NCBI GenBank assembly: GCA_964016885.1
Contig: OZ024753.1
Coordinates: forward strand, 24,552,001 to 24,616,000
Origin: Eledone cirrhosa
Lineage: Eukaryota
Reading direction: 5' to 3'
DNA length: 64,000 nucleotides
Below the pieces are notes generated by a model, which worked only from the letters and a program-made list of their open reading frames with translations, was not told where the DNA came from and searched no databases. The position numbers and the translations under genes are program-made. Of this stretch, positions 45,191-59,328 are shown piece after piece (the first letter of the stretch is position 1; each line of letters begins with the position of its first letter).

Positions 45191-48100
45191 CGGACTAACA
45201 CTGTATGTAACAGACAGAGGACTAACACTGTATGTAACAGACAGAGGACTAACACTGTATGTAACAGACAGAGGACTAACACTGTATGCAACAGACAGAG
45301 GACTAACACTGTATGTAACAGACAGAGGACGAACACTGTATGCAACAGACAGAGGACTAACACTGTATGTAACAGACAGAGGACTAACACTGTATGTAAC
45401 AGACAGTCGACTAACACTGTATGTAACAGACAGCGGACGAACACTGTATGTAACAGACAGCGGACGAACACTGTATGTAACAGACAGAGGACTAATACTG
45501 TATGTAACAGACAGAGGACTAACACTGTATGTAACAGACAGAGGACTAACACTGTATGTAACAGACAGCGGTCTAACACTGTATGTAACAGACAGAGGAC
45601 TGACACTGTATGTAACAGACAGAGGACTAACACTGTATGTAGCAGACAGAGGACTAACACTGTATGTAACAGGCAGAGGGTTAACACTGTATGTAACAGA
45701 CAGAGGGTTAACTCTGTATGTAATAGACAGAGGAATAACACGGCATGTAACAGACAGAGGACTAACATTGTATGTAACAGACAGAGGGTTAACTCTGTAT
45801 GTAACAGACAGAGGACTAACACGGCATGTAACAGACAGAGGACTAACACTGTATGTAACAGACAGAGGACTAACACTGTATGCAACCGACAGAGGAAGAA
45901 CACTGTATGTAACAGACAGAGGACTAACACTGTATGTAACAGACAGAGGGTTAACACTGTATGTGACAGACAGAGGACTAACACTGTATGTAACAGACAG
46001 AGGACTAACACTGTATGTAACATACAGAGGACTAACAATGTATGTAACAGACAGAGGGTTAACACTGTATGTAACAGACAGAGGACTAACCCTGTATGTA
46101 ACAGACAGAGGACTAACTATGTATGTAACAGACAGAGGACTAACACTGTATGTAACAGACAGAGGACTAACACAGTATGTAACAGACACAGGGTTGACTC
46201 TGTATGTAACAGACAGAGGACTAACACGGCATGTAACAGACAGAGGACTAACACTGTATGTAACAGACAGAGGACTAACACTGTATGTAACAGACAGAGG
46301 ACTAACACTGTATGTAAGAAGCAGAGGACTAACATTGTATGTAACAGACAGAGGACTAACAAGATATGTAACAGACAGAGGAATAACACTGTATGTAACA
46401 GACAGAGGACTAACTGTGTATGTAACAGACAGAGGACTAACACTGTATGTAACAGACAGAGGACTAACACAGCATGTAACAGACAGAGGGTTAACGCTGT
46501 ATGTAACAGACAGAGGACTAACACGGCATGTAACAGACAGAGGACTAACACTGTATGTAACAGACAGAGGACTAACACTGTATGTAACAGAAAGAGGACT
46601 AACACTGTATGTAAGAAGCAGAGGACTAATATTGTATGTAACAGACAGAGGACTAACACGATATGTAACAGACAGAGGAATAACACTGTCTGTAACAGAC
46701 AGAGGACTAACACTGTATGTAACAGACAGAGGGTTAACACTATATGTAACAGACATAGGACTAACCCTGTATGTAACAGACAGAGGACTAACCCTGTATG
46801 TAACAAACAGAGGACTAACACGATATGTAACAGACAGAGGACTAACACTGTATGTAACAGACAGAGGACTAATACTCTATGTAACAGACAGAGGGTTAAC
46901 ACTGTATGTAACAGACAGAGGACTAACACTGTATGTAACAGACAGAGGTCTAACTCTGTATGTAACAGACAGAGGACTAACACGATATGTAACAGACAGA
47001 GGACTAACACTGTATGTAACAGACAGAGAATAACACTATATGTAACAGACAGAGGACTAATACTGTATGTAACAGACAGAGGACTAACACTGTATGTAAC
47101 AGAAAGAGGGTTAACAATGTATGTAACAGACAGAGGACTAACCCTGTATGTAACAGACAGAGGACTAACACTGTATGTAACAGACAGAGGAGTAACACTG
47201 TATGTAACAGACAGAGGACTAACACTGTATGCAACAGACAGAGGACTAACACTGTATGTAACAGACAGAGGACGAACACTGTATGCAACAGACAGAGGAC
47301 TAATACTGTATGTAACAGGCAGAGGACTAACACTGTATGTAACAGACAGAGGACTAACACTGTATGTAACAGACAGAGGACTAACACTGTATGTAACAGA
47401 CAGCGGACGAACACTGTATGTAACAGACAGAGGACTAATACTGTATGTAACAGACAGAGGACTAACACGGTATGTAACAGACAGAGGACTAACACTGTAT
47501 GTAACAGACAGCGGACTAACACTGTATGTAACAGACAGAGGACTGACACTGTATGTAACAGACAGAGGACTAACACTGTATGTAACAGACAGAGGACTAA
47601 CACTGTATGTAACAGGCAGAGAGTTAACACTGTATGTAACAGACAGAGGGTTAACTCTGTATGTAACAGACAGAGGACTAACACGGCATGTAACAGACAG
47701 AGGACTAACACTGTATGTAACAGACAGAGGGTTAACTCTGTATGTAACAGACAGAGGACTAACACGGCATGTAACAGACAGAGGACTAACACTGTATGTA
47801 ACAGACAGAGGACTAACACTGTATGCAACAGACAGAGGACGAACACTGTATGTAACAGACAGAGGACTAACACTGTATGTAACAGACAGAGGGTTAACAC
47901 TGTATGTAACAGACAGAGGACTAACACTGTATGTAGCAGACAGAGGACTAACACTGTATGTAACATACAGAGGACTAACACTGTATGTAACAGACAGAGG
48001 GTTAACACTGTATGTAACAGACAGAGAACTAACCCTGTATGTAACAGACAGAGGACTAACTGTGTATGTAACACACAGAGGACTAACACTGTATGTAACA

Positions 48101-51100
48101 GACAGAGGACTAACACTGTATGTAACAGACAGAGGGTTAACTCTGTATGTAACAGACAAAGGACTAACACGGCATGTAACAGACAGAGGACTAACACTGT
48201 ATTTAACAGACAGAGGACTAACACTGTATGTAACAGACAGAGGACTAACGTTGTAGGTAACAGACAGAGGACTAACACTGTATGTAAGAAGCAGAGGACT
48301 AACATTGTATGTAACAGACAGAGGACTAACACGATATGTAACAGACAGAGGAATAACACTGTATGTAACAGACAGAGGACTAACACTGTATGTAACAGAC
48401 AGAGGGTTAACACTATATGTAACAGACAGAGGACTAACCCTGTATGTAACAGACAGAGGACTAACACTGTATGTAACAGACAGAGCACTAACACTGTATG
48501 TAACAGAAAGAGGGTTAACACTGTATGTAACAGACAGAGGACTAACCCTGTATGTAACAGACAGAGGACTAACACGATATGTAACAGACAGAGGACTAAC
48601 ACTGTATGTAACAGACAGAGGACTAATAATGTATGTAACAGACAGAGGGTTAACACTGTATGTAACAGACAGAGGACTAACACTGTATGTAACAGACAGA
48701 GGTCTAACTCTGTATGTAACAGACAGAGGACTAACACGATATGTAACAGACAGAGGACTAACACTGTATGTAACAGACAGAGAACTAACACTACATGTAA
48801 CAGACAGAGGACTAATACTGTATGTAACAGACAGAGTACTAACACTGTATCTAACAGACAGAGGACTAACACTGTATGTAACAGACAGAGGACTAACCCT
48901 GTATGTAACAGACAGAGGACTAACACGATATGTAACAGACAGAGGACTAACACTGTATGTAACAGACAGAGGACTAATACTGTATGTAACAGACAGAGGG
49001 TTAACACTGTATGTAACAGACAGAGGACTAACACTGTATGTAACAGACAGAGGTCTAACTCTGTATGTAACAGACAGAGGACTAACACGATATGTAACAG
49101 ACAGAGGACTAACACTGTATGTAACAGACAGAGAACTAACACTATATGTAACAGACAGAGGACTAATACTGTATGTAACAGACAGAGTACTAACACTGTA
49201 TGTAACAGACAGAGGACTAACACTGTATGTAACAGACAGAGGATAAACACTGTATGTAACAGACAGAAGACTAACACTGTATGCAATAGACAGAGGAGTT
49301 ATACTGTATGTAACAGACAGAGGATAAACACTGTATGTAACAGACAGAGGACTAACACTGTATGTAACAGACAGAGGATAAACACTGTATGTAGCAGGCA
49401 GAGGAGTAACACTGTATGTAACATACAGAGGACTAACACTGTATGTAACAGACAGAGGACTAACACTGTATGTAACAGACAGAGGACTAACACTGTATGT
49501 AACAGACAGAGGACTAACACTGTATGTAACAGACAGAGGACTAACACTGTATGTAGCAGGCAGAGGAGTAACATTGTATGTAACATACAGAGGACTAACA
49601 CTGTATGTAGCAGGCAGAGGAGTAACACTGTATGTAACATACAGAGGACTAACACTGTATGTAACAGACAGAGGACTAACACTGTATGTAACAGACAGAG
49701 GACTAACACTGTATGTAACAGACAGTCGACTAACACTGTATGTAACAGACAGCGGACGAACACTGTATGTAACAGACAGCGGACGAACACTGTATGTAAC
49801 AGACAGAGGACTAATACTGTATGTAACAGACAGAGGACTAACACTGTATGTAACAGACAGAGGACTAACACTGTATGTAACAGACAGCGGTCTAACACTG
49901 TATGTAACAGACAGAGGACAGACACTGTATGTAACAGACAGAGGACTAACACTGTATGTAACAGACAGAGGACTAAAACTGTATGTAACAGGCAGAGGGT
50001 TAACACTGTATGTAACAGACAGAGGGTTAACTCTGTATGTAATAGACAGAGGAATAACACGGCATGTAACAGACAGAGGACTAACACTGTATGTAACAGA
50101 CAGAGGGTTAACTCTGTATGTAACAGACAGAGGACTAACACGGCATGTAACAGACAGAGGACTAACACTGTATGTAACAGACAGAGGACTAACACTGTAT
50201 GCAACCGACAGAGGAAGAACACTGTATGTAACAGACAGAGGGCTAACACTGTATGTAACAGACAGAGGGTTAACACTATGTGACAGACAGAGGACTAACA
50301 CTGTATGTAACAGACAGAGGACTAACACTGTATGTAACATACAGAGGACTAACACTGTATGTAACAGACAGAGGGTTAACACTGTATTAAACAGACAGAG
50401 GACTAACCCTGTATGTAACAGACAGAGGACTAACTATGTATGTAACAGACAGAGGACTAACACTGTATGTAACAGACAGAGGACTAACACAGTATGTAAC
50501 AGACACAGGGTTGACTCTGTATGTAACAGACAGAGGACTAACACGGCATGTAACAGACAGAGGACTAACACTGTACGTAACAGAGAGAGGACTAACACTG
50601 TATGTAACAGACAGAGGACTAACACTGTATGTAAGAAGCAGAGGACTAACATTGTATGTAACAGACAGAGGACTAACAAGATATGTAACAGACAGAGGAA
50701 TAACACTGTATGTAACAGACAGAGGACTAACTGTGTATGTAACAGACAGAGGACTAACACTGTATGTAACAGACAGAGGACTAACACAGTATGTAACAGA
50801 CAGAGGGTTAACTCTGTATGTAACAGACAGAGGACTAACACGGCATGTAACAGACAGAGGACTAACACTGTATGTAACAGACAGAGGACTAACACTGTAT
50901 GTAACAGAAAGAGGACTAACACTGTATGTAAGAAGCAGAGGACTAACATTGTATGTAACAGACAGAGGACTAACACGATATGTAACAGACAGAGGAATAA
51001 CACTGTCTGTAACAGACAGAGGACTAACACTGTATGTAACAGACAGAGGGTTAACACTATATGTAACAGACATAGGACTAACCCTGTATGTAACAGACAG

Positions 51101-54100
51101 AGGACTAACCCTGTATGTAACAGACAGAGGACTAACACGATATGTAACAGACAGAGGACTAACACTGTATGTAACAGACAGAGGACTAATACTGTATGTA
51201 ACAGACAGAGGGTTAACACTGTATGTAACAGACAGAGGACTAACACTGTATGTAACAGACAGAGGTCTAACTCTGTATGTAACAGACAGAGGACTAACAC
51301 GATATGTAACAGACAGAGGACTAACACTGTATGTAACAGACAGAGAACTAACACTATATGTAACAGACAGAGGACTAATACTGTATGTAACAGACAGAGG
51401 ACTAACACTGTATGTAACAGAAAGAGGGTTAACAATGTATGTAACAGACAGAGGACTAACCCTGTATGTAACAGACAGAGGACTAACACTGTATGTAACA
51501 GACAGAGGACTAACACTGTATGTAACAGACAGAGGACTAACACTGTATGCAACAGACAGAGGACTAACACTGTATGTAACAGACAGAGGACGAACACTGT
51601 ATGCAACAGACAGAGGACTAATACTGTATGTAACAGACAGAGGACTAACACTGTATGTAACAGACAGAGGACTAACACTGTATGTAACAGACAGAGGACT
51701 AACACTGTATGTAACAGACAGCGGACGAACACTGTATGTAACAGACAGAGGACTAATACTGTATGTAACAGACAGCGGACTAACACTGTATGTAACAGAC
51801 AGAGGACTGACACTGTATGTAACAGACAGAGGACTAACACTGTATGTAACAGACAGAGGACTAACACTGTATGTAACAGGCAGATAGTTAACACTGTATG
51901 TAACAGACAGAGGGTTAACTCTGTATGTAACAGACAGAGGACTAACACGGCATGTAACAGACAGAGGACTAACACTGTATGTAACAGACAGAGGGTTAAC
52001 TCTGTATGTAACAGACAGAGGACTAACACGGCATGTAACAGACAGAGGACTAACACTGTATGTAACAGACAGAGGACTAACACTGTAACCAACAGACAGA
52101 GGACGAACACTGTATGTAACAGACAGAGGACTAACACTGTATGTAACAGACAGAGGGTTAACACTGTATGTAACAGACAGAGGACTAACACTGTATGTAA
52201 CATACAGAGGACTAACACTGTATGTAACAGACAGAGGGTTAACACTGTATGTAACAGACAGAGAACTAACCCTGTATGTAACAGACAGAGGACTAACTGT
52301 GTATGTAACACACAGAGGACTAACACTGTATGTAACAGACAGAGGACTAACACTGTATGTAACAGACAGAGGGTTAACTCTGTATGTAACAGACAAAGGA
52401 CTAACACGGCATGTAACAGACAGAGGACTAACACTGTATTTAACAGACAGAGGACTAACACTGTATGTAACAGACAGAGGACTAACATTGTATGTAACAG
52501 ACAGAGGACTAACACGATATGTAACAGACAGAGGAATAACACTGTATGTAACAGACAGAGGACTAACACTGTATGTAACAGACAGAGGGTTAACACTATA
52601 TGTAACAGACAGAGGACTAACCCTGTATGTAACAGACAGAGGACTAACACTGTATGTAACAGACAGAGCACTAACACTGTATGTAACAGAAAGAGGGTTA
52701 ACACTGTATGTAACAGACAGAGGACTAACCCTGTATGTAACAGACAGAGGACTAACACGATATGTAACAGACAGAGGACTAACACTGTATGTAACAGACA
52801 GAGGACTAATACTGTATGTAACAGACAGAGGGTTAACACTGTATGTAACAGACAGAGGACTAACACTGTATGTAACAGACAGAGGTCTAACTCTGTATGT
52901 AACAGACAGAGGACTAACACGATATGTAACAGACAGAGGACTAACACTGTATGTAACAGACAGAGAACTAACACTATATGTAACAGACAGAGGACTAATA
53001 CTGTATGTAACAGACAGAGTACTAACACTGTATGTAACAGACAGAGGACTAACACTGTATGTAACAGACAGAGGACTAACACTGTATGTAACAGACAGAG
53101 GACTAACCCTGTATGTAACAGACAGAGGACTAACACGATATGTAACACACAGAGGACTAACACTGTATGTAACAGACAGAGGACTAATACTGTATGTAAC
53201 AGACAGAGGGTTAACACTGTATGTAACAGACAGAGGACTAACACTGTATGTAACAGACAGAGGTTTAACTCTGTATGTAACAGACAGAGGACTAACACGA
53301 TATGTAACAGACAGAGGACTAACACTGTATGTAACAGACAGAGAACTAACACTGTATGTAACAGACAGAGGACTAACACTGTATGTAACAGACAGAGGAT
53401 AAACACTGTATGTAACAGACAGAAGACTAACACTGTATGCAATAGACAGAGGAGTTATACTGTATGTAACAGACAGAGGATAAACACTGTATGTAACAGA
53501 CAGAGGACTAACACTGTATGTAACAGACAGAGGATAAACACTGTATGTAGCAGGCAGAGGAGTAACACTGTATGTAACATACAGAGGACTAACACTGTAT
53601 GTAACAGACAGAGGACTAACACTGTATGTAACAGACAGAGGACTAACACTGTATGTAACAGACAGCGGACGAACACTGTATGTAACATACAGAGGACTAA
53701 CACGGTATGTAACAGACAGAGGGTTAACACTGTATGTAACAGACAGAGGGTTAACACTGTATGTAACAGACAGAGAACTAACCCTGTATGTAACAGACAG
53801 AGGACTAACTGTGTATGTAACAGACAGAGGACTAACACTGTATGTAACAGACAGAGGACTAACACTGTATGTAACAGACAGCGGGTTAACTCTGTATGTA
53901 ACAGACAAAGGACTAACACGGCATGTAACAGACAGAGGACTAACACTGTATGTAACAGACAGAGGACTAACACTGTATGTAACAGACAGAGGACTAACAT
54001 TGTATGTAACAGACAGAGGACTAACACGATATGTAACAGACAGAGGACTAACACTGTATGTAAGAAGCAGAGGACTAACATTGTATGTAACAGACAGAGG

Positions 54101-57100
54101 ACTAACACGATATGTAACAGACAGAGGAATAACACTGTATGTAACAGACAGAGGACTAACACTGTATGTAACAGACAGAGGGTTAACACTATATGTAACA
54201 GACAGAGGACTAACCCTGTATGTAACAGACAGAGGACTAACACTGTATGTAACAGACAGAGGACTAACACTGTATGTAACAGAAAGAGGGTTAACACTGT
54301 ATGTAACAGACAGAGGACTAACCCTGTATGTAACAGACAGAGGACTAACACGATATGTAACAGACAGAGGACTAACACTGTATGTAACAGACAGAGGACT
54401 AATACTGTATGTAACAGACAGAGGGTTAACACTGTATGTAACAGACAGAGGACTAACACTGTATGTAACAGACAGAGGTCTAACTCTGTATGTAACAGAC
54501 AGAGGACTAACACGATATGTAACAGACAGAGGACTAACACTGTATGTAACAGACAGAGAACTAACACTATATGTAACAGACAGAGGACTAATACTGTATG
54601 TAACAGACAGAGTACTAACACTGTATGTAACAGACAGAGGACTAACACTGTATGTAACAGACAGAGGACTAACCCTGTATGTAACAGACAGAGGACTAAC
54701 ACGATATGTAACAGACAGAGGACTAACACTGTATGTAACAGACAGAGGACTAATACTGTATGTAACAGACAGAGAGTTAACACTGTATGTAACAGACAGA
54801 GGACTAACACTGTATGTAACAGACAGAGGTCTAACTCTGTATGTAACAGACAGAGGACTAACACGATATGTAACAGACAGAGGACTAACACTGTATGTAA
54901 CAGACAGAGAACTAACACTATATGTAACAGACAGAGGACTAATACTGTATGTAACAGACAGAGTACTAACACTGTATGTAACAGACAGAGGACTAACACT
55001 GTATGTAACAGACAGAGTATAAACACTGTATGTAACAGACAGAAGACTAACACTGTATGCAATAGACAGAGGAGTTATACTGTATGTAACAGACAGAGGA
55101 TAAACACTGTATGTAACAGACAGAGGACTAACACTGTATGTAACAGACAGAGGATAAACACTGTATGTAGCAGGCAGAGGAGTAACACTGTATGTAACAG
55201 ACAGAGGACTAACACGATATGTAACAGACAGAGGACTAACACTGTATGTAACAGACAGAGGACTAATACTGTATGTAACAGACAGAGAGTTAACACTGTA
55301 TGTAACAGACAGAGGACTAACACTGTATGTAACAGACAGAGGTCTAACTCTGTATGTAACAGACAGAGGACTAACACGATATGTAACAGACAGAGGACTA
55401 ACACTGTATGTAACAGACAGAGAACTAACACTATATGTAACAGACAGAGGACTAATACTGTATGTAACAGACAGAGTACTAACACTGTATGTAACAGACA
55501 GAGGACTAACACTGTATGTAACAGACAGAGGATAAACACTGTATGTAACAGACAGAAGACTAACACTGTATGCAATAGACAGAGGAGTTATACTGTATGT
55601 AACAGACAGAGGATAAACACTGTATGTAACAGACAGAGGACTAACACTGTATGTAACAGACAGAGGATAAACACTGTATGTAGCAGGCAGAGGAGTAACA
55701 CTGTATGTAACATACAGAGGACTAACACTGTATGTAACAGACAGAGGACTAACACTGTATGTAACAGACAGAGGACTAACACTGTATGTAACAGACAGAG
55801 GACTAACACTGTATGTAACAGACAGAGGGCTAACACTATGTAACAGACAGAGGACTAACACTGTATGTAACATACAGAGGACTAACACTGTATGTAACAG
55901 ACAGAGGACTAACACTGTATGTAACAGACAGAGGGCTAACACTGTATGTAACAGACAGGGGACTAACACTGTATGTAACAGACAGAGGGCTAACACTGTA
56001 TGTAACAGACAGAGGACTGACACTGTATGTAACAGACAGAGGACTAACACTGTATGTAACAGACAGAGGACTAACACTGTATGTAACAGACAGAGGACTA
56101 ACACTGTATGTAACAGGCAGAGGGTTAACACTGTATGTAACAGAAAGAGGGTTAACTCTGTATGTAACAGACAGAGGACTAACACGGCATGTAACAGACA
56201 GAGGACTAACACTGTATGTAACAGACAGAGTGTTAACTCTGTATGTAACAGACAGAGGACTAACACGGCATGTAACAGACAGAGGACTAACACTGTATGT
56301 AACAGACAGAGGACTAACACTGTATGCAACAGACAGAGGACGAACACTGTATGTAACAGACAGAGGACTAACACTGTATGTAACAGACAGAGGGTTAACA
56401 TTGTATGTAACAGACAGAGACTAACACTGTATGTAGCAGACAGAGGACTAACACTGTATGTAACATACAGAGGACTAACACTGTATGTAACAGACAGAGG
56501 GTTAACACTGTATGTAACAGACAGAGAACTAACCCTGTATGTAACAGACAGAGGACTAACTGTGTATGTAACAGACAGAGGACTAACACGGCATGTAACA
56601 GACAGAGGACTAACACTGTATGTAACAGACAGAGGACTAACACTGTATGTAACAGACAGAGGACTAACATTGTATGTAACAGACAGAGGACTAACACGAT
56701 ATGTAACAGACAGAGGACTAACACTGTATGTAAGAAGCAGAGGACTAACATTGTATGTAACAGACAGAGGACTAACACGATATGTAACAGACAGAGGAAT
56801 AACACTGTATGTAACAGACAGAGGACTAACACTGTATGTAACAGACAGAGGGTTAACACTATATGTAACAGACAGAGGACTAACCCTGTATGTAACAGAC
56901 AGAGGACTAACACTGTATGTAACAGACAGAGGACTAACACTGTATGTAACAGAAAGAGGGTTAACACTGTATGTAACAGACAGAGGACTAACCCTGTATG
57001 TAACAGACAGAGGACTAACACGATATGTAACAGACAGAGGACTAACACTGTATGTAACAGACAGAGGACTAATACTGTATGTAACAGACAGAGGGTTAAC

Positions 57101-58225
57101 ACTGTATGTAACAGACAGAGGACTAACACTGTATGTAACAGACAGAGGTCTAACTCCGTATGTAACAGACAGAGGACTAACACGATATGTAACAGACAGA
57201 GGACTAACACTGTATGTAACAGACAGAGAACTAACACTATATGTAACAGACAGAGGACTAATACTGTATGTAACAGACAGAGTACTAACACTGTATGTAA
57301 CAGACAGAGGACTAACACTGTATGTAACAGACAGAGGACTAACCCTGTATGTAACAGACAGAGGACTAACACGATATGTAACAGACAGAGGACTAACACT
57401 GTATGTAACAGACCGAGGACTAATACTGTATGTAACAGACAGAGGGTTAACACTGTATGTAACAGACAGAGGACTAACACTGTATGTAACAGACAGAGGT
57501 CTAACTCTGTATGTAACAGACAGAGGACTAACACGATATGTAACAGACAGAGGACTAACACTGTATGTAACAGACAGAGAACTAACACTATATGTAACAG
57601 ACAGAGGACTAATACTGTATGTAACAGACAGAGTACTAACACTGTATGTAACAGACAGAAGACTAACACTGTATGCAATAGACAGAGGAGTAACACTGTA
57701 TGTAACAGACAGAGGATAAACACTGTATGTAATAGACAGAGGACTAACACTGTATGTAACAGACAGAGGACTAACACTGTATGTAATAGACAGAGGGTAA
57801 ACACCGTATGTAGCAGGCAGAGGAGTAACACTGTATGTAACATACAGAGGACTAACACTGTATGTAACAGACAGAGGGATAACACTGTATGTAACAGACA
57901 GAGGACTAACACTGTATGTAACAGACAGAGGACTAACACTGTATGTAACAGACAGAGGACTAACACTGTATGTAACAGACAGAGGGCTAACACTATGTAA
58001 CAGACAGAGGACTAACACTGTATGTAACATACAGAGGACTAACACTGTATGTAACAGACAGAGGACTAACACTGTATGTAACAGACAGAGGGCTAACACT
58101 GTATGTAACAGACAGGGGACTAACACTGTATGTAACAGACAGAGGGCTAACACTGTATGTAACAGGCAGAGGACTAACACTGTATGTAACAGACAAAGGA
58201 CTAACACTGTATGTAACAGACAGAG

Positions 58226-58425
58226 NNNNNNNNNNNNNNNNNNNNNNNNNNNNNNNNNNNNNNNNNNNNNNNNNNNNNNNNNNNNNNNNNNNNNNNNNNN
58301 NNNNNNNNNNNNNNNNNNNNNNNNNNNNNNNNNNNNNNNNNNNNNNNNNNNNNNNNNNNNNNNNNNNNNNNNNNNNNNNNNNNNNNNNNNNNNNNNNNNN
58401 NNNNNNNNNNNNNNNNNNNNNNNNN
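58226..58425. other. Assembly (scaffolding) gap, 200 N
   Basis: A run of exactly 200 N. The round number suggests a placeholder of unknown true length. Confidence 0.99.
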
Positions 58426-58510
58426 GTTACAAGTGTTTCACAATTGATCAGCTCAAGATACAATTAATATTAATCATGTCTCACTCTAGAATTGATAACT
58501 CATCAAACTC
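58426..58510 (-). ncRNA. Possible degenerate minimal hammerhead-ribozyme motif (Penelope-like 3' remnant), cut by the gap
   Basis: The minus strand reads GAGT-TTGATGA-G...(about 60 nt, partly self-complementary)...T-GAAAC-ACTT-GTA-AC and then hits the gap. The core differs from CUGANGA at C3, and the helix I partner is truncated. Confidence 0.3.
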
Positions 58511-58526
58511 GTGGTTTCCTTAGACA

Positions 58527-58615
<89 letters not shown>

Positions 58616-58625
58616 TATATATATA
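58527..58625. repeat. (TA)n/(CA)n microsatellite
   Basis: Read directly. Confidence 0.97.
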
Positions 58626-58830
58626 TCATCATCATCATCATCATCAACAACGTTTAACGTCCGTGTTCCACGCTTGCATGGGTTTGGACGGGGGTAGTCC
58701 CACTTGAGGCAAGAGTGGTTGTCTTGCTCGCATAGGACTGTCTGGCAGGTTTTCTACAGTTGGATGCCCTTCCTAACACCAACCACATTTACAGTGTGGG
58801 TCTGGGAGGTTTTTACCGTGTTGCCTACAC
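58626..58830 (-). mobile_element. Short 5'-truncated 3' end of an RTE-clade LINE (or an RTE-mobilised SINE-like piece) with an (ATG)n tail
   Basis: (CAT)n followed by about 180 bp that is nearly identical (about 5 small differences) to 61638-61841, the 3' end of the RT-bearing element. It is flanked on both sides by (TA)n. Confidence 0.88.
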
Positions 58831-59243
<413 letters not shown>

Positions 59244-59281
59244 GAATTATAAGAATCAAAGAACTGTTCAAAACATTTTTA

Positions 59282-59328
59282 TGCTTACAACTGTTTCCTC
59301 CAAACCGAGGTTTGGATTCTTCGGAGCA
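59282..59328 (-). ncRNA. Minimal type I hammerhead-ribozyme-like motif with a variant core
   Basis: The minus strand reads TGCT-CCGAAGA-A-TCCAAAC-CTCG-GTTTGGA-G-GAAAC-AGTT-GTA-AGCA. Helix I is TGCT/AGCA, helix II is a perfect 7-bp stem, and GAAA is followed by a short helix III and a GUA cleavage triplet. Deviations are U4C and an A.G pair at the base of helix II. Confidence 0.6.

Larger units (their letters stand above)
1..58225. repeat. 27-bp tandem satellite array, consensus GGACTAACACTGTATGTAACAGACAGA, about 2,150 units; open at the window start and ending at an assembly gap
   Basis: Read directly. The same 27-mer recurs head-to-tail with 0-3 substitutions per unit and very few indels. 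I saw no inversion or foreign insertion. The consensus is 11 A, 5 C, 6 G, 5 T (about 41% GC) with no CpG. Confidence 0.99.

Noticed and set aside
1-58225. CRISPR array
   Set aside because: The repeat length and dyad symmetry are superficially similar, but the units are contiguous with no spacers, there are no cas genes, and the context is eukaryotic.
58200-58450. Biological junction between the satellite and the retroelement cluster
   Set aside because: They are separated by a placeholder gap, so true distance and adjacency are unknown.
174-58463. Giant ORFs (up to 2606 aa) as real protein-coding genes
   Set aside because: They are overlapping 9-aa repeat translations on both strands with no unique domains, amplified stops and frameshifts, and no frame-specific synonymous bias in my tally.
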